A stretch of 62,927 nt of DNA, filler included, from Perkinsus chesapeaki ATCC PRA-425 (taxonomy: Eukaryota > Protista > Perkinsozoa): NCBI GenBank assembly GCA_013115145.1. It is 9 parts of 9 records of this genome, joined end to end, with 100 filler letters (N's around TTAATTAATTAA, not from the genome) between each part and the next. Parts side by side here need not be neighbours in the genome. Positions count along the whole stretch, not along the records: positions 1 to 11,074 come from JAAPAO010000861.1; positions 11,175 to 22,396 come from JAAPAO010000854.1; 7 more parts are not named here. One strand, given 5' to 3'. Positions 1 through 12,041 of the stretch are shown one piece after another (within the stretch, counting starts at the first letter, position 1; every line of letters begins with the position of its first letter). Below the pieces are notes generated by a model. The model was not told where the DNA came from, did not search any database, and saw only the letters and a program-made list of their open reading frames with translations. The translations under genes were made by a program, and so were the position numbers.

Positions 1-1517
1 GTACTGCTAATTCGGCACTAGCTTCTGGCAAGGTCTCCAGTTCCGGTAAGCAATCTACACTACTACAACGCACCATTGACCTTATCCAGTACCTCAACGA
101 CATGCTGATGTGGTCAACTACCGAGACATCATTGATGGCCGAAAATATGAGACGATCGCAGCCGACGACTCCAATGACACCGACACCGTTCACGTTGCTC
201 GCGTGATACGCAAGCGAGACGATGATGATGACTATGATGACAATGAGAACCCTAACAAAGTACCAAGACTCGAACGCCCTCTACAAGTCCCGAAGAATCC
301 ACTACCTCCACTCGAAAAACCTCCTTACTTTGACATTATCCAGCTACCTCCAGATCTACTAGACATCTACAGAGCTCTCCCGCTTGGTGATGATGGACGA
401 CGACGAGTATCTGACGACGACTTCATCTACGAGTGCGCTGAGTTCTGCCACTCCCTAAAGCACACTGGCGCCCCCGAAATTACTGCCACTTTGAACTGCT
501 ACTTCGACCCCAAGTCCGCAACTACTGACTTCGACCATGCAGCTAAGAAGGCATCCAGAAGTTGTGTCACCTGTGCCCTTGTAAAGACCGACCCTGGTGA
601 TAGGCAACCCAAAAACCCTACTCCAGCAGATATTGTGATCCCGGACCGACCCTTTCAAGTTGCTAGCCTTGATATACTCGGCCCCTACATTACTACAACT
701 ACATCTTCTGGTTCTACTGGCAAGTATTACTCTATTAACCTAGTATGTCAACTAACCAATATGCTGTTATGTCATCCAACAGTGAATGCTCCAACATCTA
801 TCGATGTACAACGAGCGGCTAATTTACCCCACCGGCTTTATCACTACCCATTACAAAGGATCTTAACTGATAATGCTAGTATCATCAAGTCGGCCTCAAA
901 CAGTATGCCGTCCGTTCACTTCGACTACGTACCTGTCTCAGCCTCATGGCTCAATGGTCACGTCGAAGCACGGCATCGACTACTCAAGCAGCGCCTAGTA
1001 GGCGCCTAGAAGGCGCCGCCTACGACGATCATTCCTCACTACCGCCTTATTCGATGACAAGACATGGTTCGGCGCAGTACCTCGTTCAGCTTATGAGATT
1101 AACTCTTGTTCTAACTTGCTGGCTCATGGACTCTCACCACTAGATATGGTTATCGATGGTTCTGGTACATCCCCTTTTGACACAAGTGAAAAATGTAAAC
1201 TACCTGATGACAAATGGTCTATCTGGCGCAAGTACAAAACTGACTGCCGTGAACGTACACTCAAAGCTATGGCAAAGAAGACTTCCAACGGACCACCCCT
1301 GGAAATCGGTGACAGTGTATTAGTACACACCTCTGAGCCACATGCAAAAGCTACCACGCCTTGGATGCCGACAAGAAGAATTATTCTCGAGATCGACGGT
1401 AATCGTGCTCTTCTAGATAACGGTTTATGGCGCTCTACTGACAAACTAAAGAAGCTCCCCGATGAAGTGTTGCCCCGTTATCTATTCAATTCTGCTCCGT
1501 CGTTACTCTCTGTATAA
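1..1517 (+). mobile_element. Degenerate Ty3/Gypsy-like retrotransposon pol 3' end (possible RNase H tail + integrase), frameshifted
   Basis: ORF 110-1009 has HHCC zinc motif (FCHSLKH...CVTC) and integrase core SLDILGP / ILTDNAS / NGHVEARH. The typical integrase C-terminus (LSPLDMV...IGDSVLVH) continues in two other frames (946-1143, 1116-1517). An 11-bp-period duplication of GCGCCTAG (991, 1002) explains the first frameshift. Confidence 0.85.
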
Positions 1518-1539
1518 CTTTGTTATTATGATCTATCTC

Positions 1540-1854
1540 GGGAGGGCATGTTCGCGCGTACAAGCACGAATCTCGCTCACCCATAATTGTATGCATGAAA
1601 CGGTCGTCGCTAAGCGGCTGGATATGAGATCGAGATGAGAATATATTGTTTGTACTTAATCCAATTATGCCCAATCCAGTTGTTGAGTCAACCAGTGCGA
1701 GTGCATCTGCTAATATAACCGCTGAGATTCGAGGCGCGTGCCACCTTCGCACGCCATAATCGCCTCCGGGTCTCCACAAACGTCGCTCCCGGAGCTCCAC
1801 TTCCGAGGCAAGACTTTCACCCATCTCTGCCAGGAAAGCTCACCGCAGACAACA
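1540..1854 (+). repeat. Candidate polypurine tract plus 3' LTR
   Basis: GGGAGGGCA (1540-1548) lies just after the integrase stop and is followed directly by TGTT at 1549. A matching AACA ends at 1854. No second LTR copy is in the window, so the right boundary is tentative. Confidence 0.45.
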
Positions 1855-2358
1855 TATCTGATACGGGATATACTGAGTCCTCTCGCGTAGCTGGAGTGCC
1901 CTTCCGTACGATGAACTTCATCAAATGAGAGTACATTTTGTGCGGCATATAGGTAAGACAGCACAGCAAGGGTGGAGAAAGCACTTGGGGTGTCATGGGC
2001 ATGGACTCCAGCGGGAAGTGCTCGTTTATATGCTGGATACTGTAAAGTGATGCGGCATGTGTATGGTGCAGAGGATTTTCATGTAGGATTTTTGGCCAGG
2101 CTAACAAACTCTGCAATTGCTTCGGCTTAATTCAGTCATCTGGACCGTGGAGCGGAATAGCAAGATTTCGATTTGGAGATGTCGCCATAATCCGGAGATG
2201 TCACCAGGAGCTGGCTCCAAAGTAAGCTACTGAGAACACTGAATCTTGCAGACATCTAACATAGATGATCTAATAAATGGAGCTGGACCAAAAATTGGGA
2301 TTTAGGTTCGGCTTGCTACCCGTGTTTTAGGACCTATCATTCGGCCGTCATCAATAAC

Positions 2359-3584
2359 ATGTTACTACACCAAATTACTGTCCTGATCCTTGCGATCAGC
2401 AGTGATATTATAGAAGCAAAATACACCGAGGCAATATCAAGCGAGTTTGGCTTGAGAGTCTTAAGTAGGTCACAACTTATGAGCTACTTCTAGCATGTCA
2501 CCAAGTATACCCTGCTACGATAACCATGACCTCTTTTCCTGGTGATTCTCAGATTACAGCTTCGACAGCGAGGACCTGGGTGACCTTCCGGCATCTATTG
2601 ACTGGCCCGACAAGCTTCCACCTGTCCGAGATAGCGGACACTGTGAGAGTTGCTATGCGATAACCCCAATAGGTAAGAAACCATTTGGATGGCACATCAC
2701 GGATACTGTCTCTTTGTGTTTCTAGAATGTCTCGAGGCAGTATTCGCTGCCAAGACGGCGAAGATCGTTCCACTATCGGTACAGCAGCTCGTTGATTGCT
2801 CATCCGAAGCACCCTATCATAACAGGTAGGTTGAAGCTATCAGCCATTAGTGGAAATGCTAACCCAGAGGCTGCGCTGGGGGTCAAGCTTACGAAACAAG
2901 GAACTACCTGGTGGACAAAGGTTTGGTGAAAGAGTCAGTCTACCCCTATACAGAATCTTTCGATAAGTGTAAGAAAGATATCACAGAGGACCCGAAGAAC
3001 ATTTGCTTTAAGGTATATTTGCTGAATTTAGTAGATCTTTTAATTGTACTATGCAATGTATTTCAGCCCGGGAGTATCGAGAATATGTATCTTGTAAAAA
3101 AGGGCGACAAGGCGGGGACGATGCAAGCTCTTACCAAAGGACCGCTGATCGCTTTTCTCTCGACCGAATGTGAGGCTTGGGTGAATTACAAAGGTGGAGT
3201 GATCACAAGTGAGTGAATTGCATATGGTAAAGCCACACCCTACTGCAGGCGAGGAGTGCAGCCAGACAAAGCCTGACCATATTGCAACTTTAGTCGGTTA
3301 TGGTACTGACCAAGAGTCTGGGAAGAGGTAAGTTTATCCTCTGTAGAACATCACTACATCTATTCTTGGAGGTATTGGAAGATTAGGAACAACTGGGGAA
3401 GCGACTGGGGTGATGGCGGTTATGTCAAGCTTTGGTTGGACAGTCCTAATCCAAAAGGTGTTTTATATCGCCGGAGATTCTCGCCAACGGTTCGTTGATT
3501 TCAGGCATCTGTGGCATCCTGGACCCGGGATGCATGTACTTTGGATTTGATTGGACGAAGTTTGACCCAACTTCATGTCTTTAA
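2359..3584 (+). CDS. Papain-family (C1A, cathepsin L-like) cysteine protease, multi-exon, with signal peptide
   Basis: Manually spliced exons give MLLHQITVLILAISS..., LPASIDW...RDSGHCESCYA, PLSVQQLVDCSS, GCAGG, YPY, PDHIATLVGYG, YWKIRNNWG, GICGI; stop TAA 3582-3584. Catalytic Cys/His/Asn present. Confidence 0.88.
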
Positions 3585-3914
3585 AGTCGTCACATCGAGT
3601 CGCCGAGATCAGGTTTAGATGATGTAGTCGAGCAACAATTTGTCTTTAGTCTTCGCCAGGGAGTATGTCTTTATAATGAGAGCAGCCTAATTACAGGCGG
3701 TTTATAAATAAGCATCTTCTTTGTTGTGTTTCTTAATACGCTACTAACTCGGAGTGAAATAACACCACATCAAACAGGTAAATCTCATAGCTTGGTAATA
3801 GTAATGGCAAACAGAACACCGAAGACTCCCAATACGAAAAGCCTCCTCATTATCCTGGTCTCTGGCTTGTCGCACCTGACCGAGTAATGGAACCCAGTAA
3901 ACGCCATAGCTTTA

Positions 3915-4330
3915 TCAAACGTACGTATAGCTTGCGGACTCTCTTTCCCATCTCCAATATTCCAGCATGCCCATCGACAACGCGCCGAACGCTACTAGGC
4001 GGTTCATAGTGCTCATCGTCTGTTGCATTGCTCTGCCTTGTGATTCTATAACCTGCAGTTTCTCAACTACCAGTGCTGGACTGTTTGCGAGATATCCTAC
4101 TTGAAGGTTTTTCCGTGTCATGTCTTGAATAATCGCTCCGTGTTTGGCCAAAGCGTCATCGAATAGATCTCTCATTTCTATCGTTATTCGCGGTAAGGCC
4201 GCCTAAGACTTATCATGGCTGCGGAGTTTCACCAATTGAGCTCTCACATCAGTAGCTGCTGTTACCCAAGCCTTGACGTCATCGGTCGTGATAAAGTCTC
4301 GGACGGCTGGCAAGGCTACCATTTCTAGAA
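3915..4330 (-). CDS. Hypothetical protein fragment (helical, C-terminal hydrophobic segment)
   Basis: ORF 3915-4175 reads as plausible protein with a hydrophobic tail (LVAFGALSMGMLEYW); an upstream exon-like segment follows a TTCTAG acceptor. Gene structure unresolved. Confidence 0.3.
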
Positions 4331-4772
4331 ATAAATAACAGCACACAATCAACGAGTAAGGTTAGCTGTGCGCAGGCCATCATTAGTGCCGCGTGAGGTC
4401 AAAGCGTAACCCATTTTCCACGGCAGCATATTAATATTTTAGCGTTCGAGATCTCTTGGGCGGGGCTTCGTTAATAATGTGGACACATAATGATATTCGA
4501 TACAGTTGGCGAGAAATGCTTCCGAAAATCGGTTATGATGAAAGAAGTCATCGACTTGGCCGTTTAAGTAAAATTTGCTATATACCATGAAGGGTGCTTA
4601 ATTGATAAATAAATAATCGTCGGTTGTCCCCTGCTAAGTTACTTCAAACTTAACTCCAACGTTACTACCCAGCACCTCTTCGGAGAGGGACGAACTGTGA
4701 AAATAAGACGCAACACGAATGCCTTTGGATAATAGAAACTATTCATGCAATTGCAGCAGCGACAGCAGCAGT

Positions 4773-7700
4773 CTAAACATCATCCTCGTTTGCAGCGGAT
4801 TCCATATATTCTGATTCCTGAGAGCAATAAGCAGTCGACTGAATGATGCTAACTCCAAGGCTCGCCTCTTCTTTATTGAGCAGCTGTTCAGCAGCTGCTT
4901 CCGATGGGTCCTCTACGCGCCGCTGTAACGATGAAGTGCCTTCGGAAGCTCGGCTTCTGGTTCCCTCAGGTGATGCGAGAACAGGAGCAGCTTCTCGACC
5001 ACCATAGGACTGAGATAAGACTGATAACGCTCCCCATAATAATGTAAACGAATAGGAGAACTGCGGACGAGGAAGTTTGTGAAAGGCAGGGAGGCCATCG
5101 GAGTGAGCCAATAAGTGATTCACCTTGGCCTTCTTTCGAGCACGCTGCATCATTCTCTTCTGGAAGTCTGTCATTCCAGCAGGAACGACTTCATCAGAGC
5201 TGCCAAGAGCCACATTTATGTTCATCTGGTCGCCGTGACCATCAGATATATCGAAAAGCCGCAATGGTGGTGGTCCGCGGGCCCGTTGGCCATTTCCTTC
5301 ATCTAAAGAGGAAACATTAAAAGACTCCGTGCTATGTAAGCTCTTACTCCCCGGCTCCCGTCGACCAAGCAGCAACCCTCCCCTTCCTTCTATATTCAGG
5401 TCATACAGCAATTCTACGGCCAGTTGCTCATCTCCATTGCAGAACGTTGCAATCTCGTCTTTGAAGTCTCGTAGAAGCTGAAGCCCAGACGACTTAGAAC
5501 AGGCCAACTGTGTCGGTTACTTCTCGGAGGCAATTGTTGATATGATAGACGAACGGCGAGGTCTCGGACTGCATCAGATTCCTCAACTGCAACAGTGTCG
5601 GTATCATAGTCTCCTGCATGTACTTCTTAGATCTCTCAGCAGCGTCACGCTTCTCTCCTGCGGAACAGGAAAAGCTCCACACGGGAAATCCAAGATGGAA
5701 GGAACGTATAAATCGATAACGACACCGCCTCCATCGACTCGATGGCATCGAGTGATTCGCCCGGCTTCAAGAACATTGAACGAGTCAGAGATATTCGCAG
5801 CCTTCTGCACCATTACAGACGGTTCCTTCCATGCTCTTACCTTGAGCGTTGGGATCATCGTTTTCATCTCCAGCGCCTTGCTGTTCACCAAGATCTCTGC
5901 CACCTGAACACACGCTTCCCACGGATGCTAGGGAGCTCCGAATCCTACCTATTCCAGATTTGGTGTGAAGCCTGAGTTCTCGACAAGCAAGCAAACAGAA
6001 GACATCCGTGAGAACTCGACCACCTGAAAAGATTCCGGCTCTGGATGGGGATAGTTTTCGTCCGAGTTAGCATATTCACATTCACCATATAACCCTTAGG
6101 TTAGGGAGTCGGAAACGGGCGGCCTAGTGCACGGAGCAATACGATATACGCCTGGGATAAGATACGCTATGATGATCTCCGCGATATTTCTGGAACTGTT
6201 TCGAATAATAAAAATCGCGCCATCCATTCAGGGAATTCACACGTTACCAGCGCTAGGATTTTCCCGACAAAGAGCAAGACCATAAAATGACGGATAATTT
6301 GTGCACACGATGCAAACTGAGGGTCCCTGCTTGGGCTTCGACAGTGGCTGAGACCTATAACATACCACTCTCCTCCTCGGTCTGTGGCAAAGGCAGAGGC
6401 CTCGAGGAACCATCCTCATCGAGGAAGCGAGTTAGCAGCCTCGTCATTATCTCGTTGACGACTTTGAACTTCGATGTCTCGTCTAAGTACTCCATCATGA
6501 ACCTAGAAAAGGCTAGCCTAATAATATAATAGAAGGGGAACCGAGGACGAAAGTAGTGAGACGCATTCTGACATTCAGTAGCAATAAGCAGGTATCTCTA
6601 TGAAGCATTCGAGTTCCCGATTGGGGAGAATTCCAGTTGCCCGTGGCAAAGCTATCTATTGGTGAAGTGCTAAGATGAATTTATGCGTACATCGGCAAAG
6701 CATATAGGAATCGGATTGAGGAGCGGGAATTCCCGGAATCCTCACTCGCACATGATTAATACTGTAGGGCATTCGAGAACGGGCTGGCGTGACACAAACA
6801 CTATATGAATGCAATAATATTGGCTAAAAAGCGACACAGGCCAAGTCGGTGAGATAATAGTCGATAATAGAGGAATGATTTCACAATTTAGAGCGACTGA
6901 CCTGTATATCCTTTCTCGTTTAACCGTCCGGTCCTGTAAGGAGAACTCCCTATTGTTTTGCGCAGCGTTTGCGTATCTAAAGGTTGATTTAAGACAGCAG
7001 TAGGGAGATGCAGTCGAAGGCTACAGAGGATGCCCCTTCCAGCAATTGAGCGCACATATGCTCTTCACAAAGACGTCCGCGAACAGACCATGTTGTCTGG
7101 GAATAAGAATACGTGTGAAAAATGATTCGACGAAAGATCGTATCTGAGATGCCACAGTGAAGTGTTCGCTCGAATGAAAGCCGGCACTTCTTCGTTATCG
7201 TCGGCTAAGACGGTGAGGTATCTATATACGGTTTGCCCTCTGAACTTCACGTAATCTTCTGCCATCAGTGATGAAATAACCATCATCGCTTGATGCCGAT
7301 AGAATCTAACCTCATCCTGAATACAAGCACCCATCATACAGCGACCAAATTTGGATTTGAACATCTAGCGAAAGGCGACGTTTTCGAGCAGTATTACTCG
7401 CTGCACAGCTCACTTACGTTGAGGGCTCTCGTCATGATAGGCAGTCGCGGATCCACAAGGCCGGTGTACTGCACACAGAGGTCATAGAGCACAACGAAGG
7501 CGTTGTTACGGACAACCACGGGCTCGAAGTGCCTATGAAAACGTTGGGGCAGCAGTTGGCAATACGAAGGCACCTTAGAAGCAGGGCGAATACGTCGGCG
7601 AGATTCTTCGCTTGTTTCTCATTCTTAAGGCATACTTTACCAAGGCATATTATTGCCTGTGCTCGCACTGGAACCGGTATGCGGAAATGCTGAAGGACAG

Positions 7701-10700
7701 AAGGACAAGCCCGAGGGTCATCCGCCGAGATTCAATGGAGAAATTGGTATAACGACACAAACAAATATACGTATATGATAATGATGATTATAGTAAGCGC
7801 GGCAATACTAACAGTGACAGTGATCGGCCTGAACAAATTGGTATAAGGCCAAGGCTTTCAGTTGCCGAGGGGGGGATACTAGTAGCTCCTGTTGGAGGGC
7901 TACTTTAGCCTGGCACACTGTATTCCCCGTTGAGTGCCTCTCGGCAAGGGATACCGCATCCACCACAGCGATCGTTCCACCGAAGCGAAGCGGATTCTCA
8001 CCTTTTTAGGATTGCCGCTCATAATATCCGAAAAAACAGAATCTGTTGCCAGGATATGGATATTCTGAGATCAACTTAAACCCTTGAAGCATCGGTAAGC
8101 CGTTCATCTACCGTTATGGTGCTGTCCGGCTTGAGGAAGCACGATACATTCTTCTTTCCTGACTCTTCACAGACAAGCACGAGATCACCTACAAATCTCC
8201 GCATAGACGGCGCCATTGCGAGCTTAGCTCATCCTACCTAGATAGCCAAGGGCAGCTGCCAGCTTCCGAGCTTCGTCCTCGGCCATATCGACCGCTCTCT
8301 CTGGTTTGTACACAGCTCCTTGGTAAACAAAGGTCTACCAAAGTTCACACAGTGAATGAGATGGGGACGGCTGCTTACTTCCATTTGACATATAAGATCC
8401 TTTTGCCAGTTCTTCAATGCATTCTTGGTGGCTCTGTGAGTGTTACAGAGGCATTGGACGAGCTCCATTACAGGCTGAAAAGAGACTTAGTGGACCACTG
8501 GGCTATAGAGCAGTCATCAGTCGTGAAGCGCACAGATATCTCATCCAACTGACGACCTACCAGCGCCAGCGTTAAGGGGATGGTGAAGCTCTTTATCAAA
8601 GCGATGAGAAGCTCCGCGATTTCCTTCGAAGCTTCCGGCTCAACCCGCCCGGAAACTTGCTTCATTGCGAATAGGATGGCCTTAAGCATACAGAGGTGGC
8701 CGAAGGTGGACTTCGGGTCGCCTGATACAAACAAAAACTTCGGCTGATGCACAGATGTGGCCAAGAGGCCATTCCCCCCCCCCCCACGAAAGACCGGCCC
8801 TGATTGACGATACCTCCTTCCAGCTCAGGTGAGGCTACATAAGGATGGTCAGTGGAGCTACTAGAGGGTGCACTGTTGTTCAAGTCATCAAGAGAGAATT
8901 GAGTTGGGCACAGTTGAGAGCTGCCACTACATTGCTCGGCAGAGAAGTATGTTCTGACCGTCCGACTGACCAAAGAGGCATCGATTACGTCACCCTGGAT
9001 GGATGCGAATTCCTCCAGTAACTGAGTAGCGACCGAAGTAGCTATACGACGTAGGCCTTCAGCGCACCATCCAAAGGGCTTGGACCAGCAGCGGATCTTC
9101 CTCGTTTGATGTCTCGTCTATGACCTTCTCCAACGCCGTCACGAAAGGCTTACAGGCAACCTGATAGTCACTCGAGCTTCGCTCCGCGTTTTTCGGTCTA
9201 CCTTGGCATTGTGCTCCTTCCTCATCAGTAACTTGATTCCTCTTTGGGCGTATTCCACCCAGCTGTGATGAGATGCCACCGTCCCTGAATGAAAGTCTAT
9301 TTCCACTCCCAGCACCTCAGTGCCGTACGCAGCAAGCAGGCCGATAAATCGTCGAGACCAGAGGCGCGTCTACTGGCGTGCTTCAAAGGTGACAGGACAC
9401 TCTCTTTGACGATATCGGTTGCTATATCAGATACACCCTGCTCAGCATCCGACACCAAAGGTAGCACTACTGTGCACCAAAGTGATGGTATCTACATGCA
9501 GCACACACGCACACACTGAAGAACCACCAAGTTGCCTTACAGCTGACTTCACTTGCAGCCTTTCATGTTGCCCACCTTGGTAGGCTGCCGGATACAGCCT
9601 CTCCAAAGTCTCTCGATGCCGTCCAGAGAGCATCTAAGATTGAATGCATCCTCGGCTTATGAAGCCATATATGAGAAGGCAGAGATCCATCTGGCTCAAC
9701 GAAATGTGGCCTCGAGATCGACGACTTTTCCTAATGCGAAGCTACACAAGAAGATTTGTTCATGCTCCTACGCAAAAAATAAAGCAGCGAATGCACTGGA
9801 TGTCTGATGTGAGCTCAAGCTCACATATAGAATGGAAGCATACTCGAACCTCTACAGGTCACTAGCAAAAGTTCATTTACGAATATCAAGCCCCTTATGA
9901 ACGAAAATACCAAAAATTTCGCGCGGCAGTATCTTTGCACCCAGGCATGAAACGGTCGATCGATTTACATATTCTTACTCGCTGTGTAATCTGGTACTAT
10001 GGTACGAAACTTTTGGGTCGCACACTCAATAGCGGACGAGAAATCATCAAAAACAAAATATTCTATTTCATTTGGGAGGGCTGTATTTCATATTTCCCAA
10101 CACCAGAAACACACTCTCTAGGGAAGACCCTACTCCAAAACTGTATACCTGCGCAGTGGTAACCAAGGCAGTTCAACGTAGCTATCTTTAGGATGCTGTG
10201 CAGAGACTTACTACTAGTGACTTATCAGCATCAGACAGTGCCCATTTCTGATCGTCTGCTATGAAAAATACTGCAACCTCTTTCATCATATGGCGCGTGT
10301 TGAATCCTTTGGCGACCCACCTGCAATATCCTGTCTGTGGTGGCGATGGCGGCCTTCCTGACACTAACGGCCGCATCCAGACCGAGAATCGGCAAGGTCT
10401 CCTGTAGTGGTAGAGTGAACGGCAGGGTCTCTTCACCGACCAGCTCATTGAGCTCTTGCAGCATGTCAATAAGGATATCTATCAACTTCGTGCACACCTA
10501 CAACCGAACACTTAACCATTTGGAGCAGTTAAGCAGCAAGCTAGGGATGGCTGGCCAGAGTCGAGGCTGGAGTAGGATTCATAGTAACATATAATAATGT
10601 CACTCGGTGACGTAAAGGTTATTCCCAATAGGTACATTGAATCCACGCAGGTATTGGCTTCACTATCTCATTTAGCAAATAAGGAATAGTGCTTAAAGTG

Positions 10701-10950
10701 TGCAAATCGGAAGCTCTAAGGACTTAAGGGAGGAGGAGAAGGAGCACGAACAAGAGTCAAACAGCGTCATTGTGGAACGGTCCAGAGAGATATGAGCAGT
10801 CTATTGTGTAAGTCACGAAACAGGCGGAACTGCTGACGGGATTTCTCGGAGCCCTACCGTCCGAACACTGGTCTTCTCGTCATGAGCAGCTCTAACAACG
10901 ATCTCTGGTATCTTCTTGGCGACCCCTCGGAGCCAATCACGATCCTCTTC
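4773..10950 (-). CDS. NCAPD3: Condensin II HEAT subunit CAP-D3, multi-exon, 5'-truncated at contig end
   Basis: Exon peptides match recalled CAP-D3 segments in order: AAHDEKTSVR; RAQAIICLGKVCLKNEKQAK; VVVRNNAFVVLYDLCVQYTGLVD; RHQAMMVISSLMAEDYVKFRG; LRDFKDEIATFCNGDEQLAVELLYDL. Confidence 0.85.
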
Positions 10951-11001
10951 CTGAACATGGAGTGATTAAGACGCAAAGCGAGGTGGGGGACACTTCACAG
11001 G

Positions 11002-11074
11002 AAAGTGATGGCCATTCCCTTTTAAAGTGATGGCCATTCCCTTTTAAAGTGATGGCCATTCCCTTTTAAAGTGA
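11002..11074. repeat. 22-bp tandem repeat AAAGTGATGGCCATTCCCTTTT, 3.3 copies, intronic, runs into contig end
   Basis: Identical units start at 11002, 11024, 11046, 11068, upstream of the CAP-D3 acceptor at 10951. Confidence 0.95.
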
Positions 11075-11174
11075 NNNNNNNNNNNNNNNNNNNNNNNNNN
11101 NNNNNNNNNNNNNNNNNNTTAATTAATTAANNNNNNNNNNNNNNNNNNNNNNNNNNNNNNNNNNNNNNNNNNNN
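11075..11174. other. Artificial contig spacer (N44-TTAATTAATTAA-N44)
   Basis: 100-bp spacer whose 12-mer gives stops in all six frames; identical at eight places. Confidence 0.97.
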
Positions 11175-11740
11175 TAAAGCTCCCGGATATAAAAAAGACG
11201 GACCGATATGCGTTCTTCAAACTCACCGTATCGGTATCATTTGACTCCAATAATGAGATTGAGTTAGACATCACTTTAGCTGCAGGAGGCTGTGTTGTCT
11301 TGGTGGAATATGGTGTCGGTTTGGCAGCAGTCGGTGTTAGCATCTGTCTCACCGGCTCTATCACGGCACACAATCTCTATGACCCTAAGACTCGTTCCTT
11401 AAGCGCTTCTATTGGCATGTCGGTCTCGTTTTACGTTTCTGTACCTCATTTTGGTAGTATACTTGACGTGACTCTAAGTGGTGCCATCGGGTGTAAGGCC
11501 GCCTCAGATGGCGCGATGTCCGCTTTTGGTAAACTTGGAGTAAGCACCGAGCTCATTGTTGTAGGAGCAAGTCTTTTCCTTGACTTGGAGGCTAAGAACT
11601 TGGATTTTATACCTAATCGTTGGAGCTTCTCGTCGGGTGTCTCCTTCTCGGCTTGGGTTAGTCTGGTTATCTGGAGGCCTCGTTGGAACAAGAGGTTTGT
11701 GATGTGGCAAGTCGGCCCTGTAACATTCGGCAAGTGATTA
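11175..11740 (-). CDS. Hypothetical low-complexity S/T/P/K-rich protein, multi-exon, 3'-truncated
   Basis: Minus-strand ORFs 11446-11733 and 11175-11373 with similar composition, separated by short intron-like segments. Confidence 0.35.
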
Positions 11741-12041
11741 CTTCTACTGGTCCTTGCGGACTATCTTTTCCATGTCGGATCCAACACCTACATTTTACCA
11801 AATTTTTACAGCACTTTCTGCCAGAGGGATTTAGCGATCTAAATGTTGTACCCTTATTTATATGAAAGCTGACCCTTTGTGGTAGTACGATACTACGCGT
11901 TTTTACTAGCCATGAGGGTGTGAGTTGACCTCGGGCGGTATCCTTAACTTCGTTCTGTTGGCTTGAGCCTCGAGAAGTCGGTCTCGTTTTACTGTAATGC
12001 TGCTTTGAGTTGTACCTGATCGGTAATGCTTTCGGTTCATC

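Noticed and set aside
6088-6108. AACCCTTAGGTTAGGG as an interstitial telomere
   Set aside because: Only one or two imperfect units; not an array.
11119-11130. TTAATTAATTAA as a biological palindrome or PacI-related motif
   Set aside because: Identical synthetic linker between N runs at all eight junctions; ORFs ending in X...LIN are artefacts of it.
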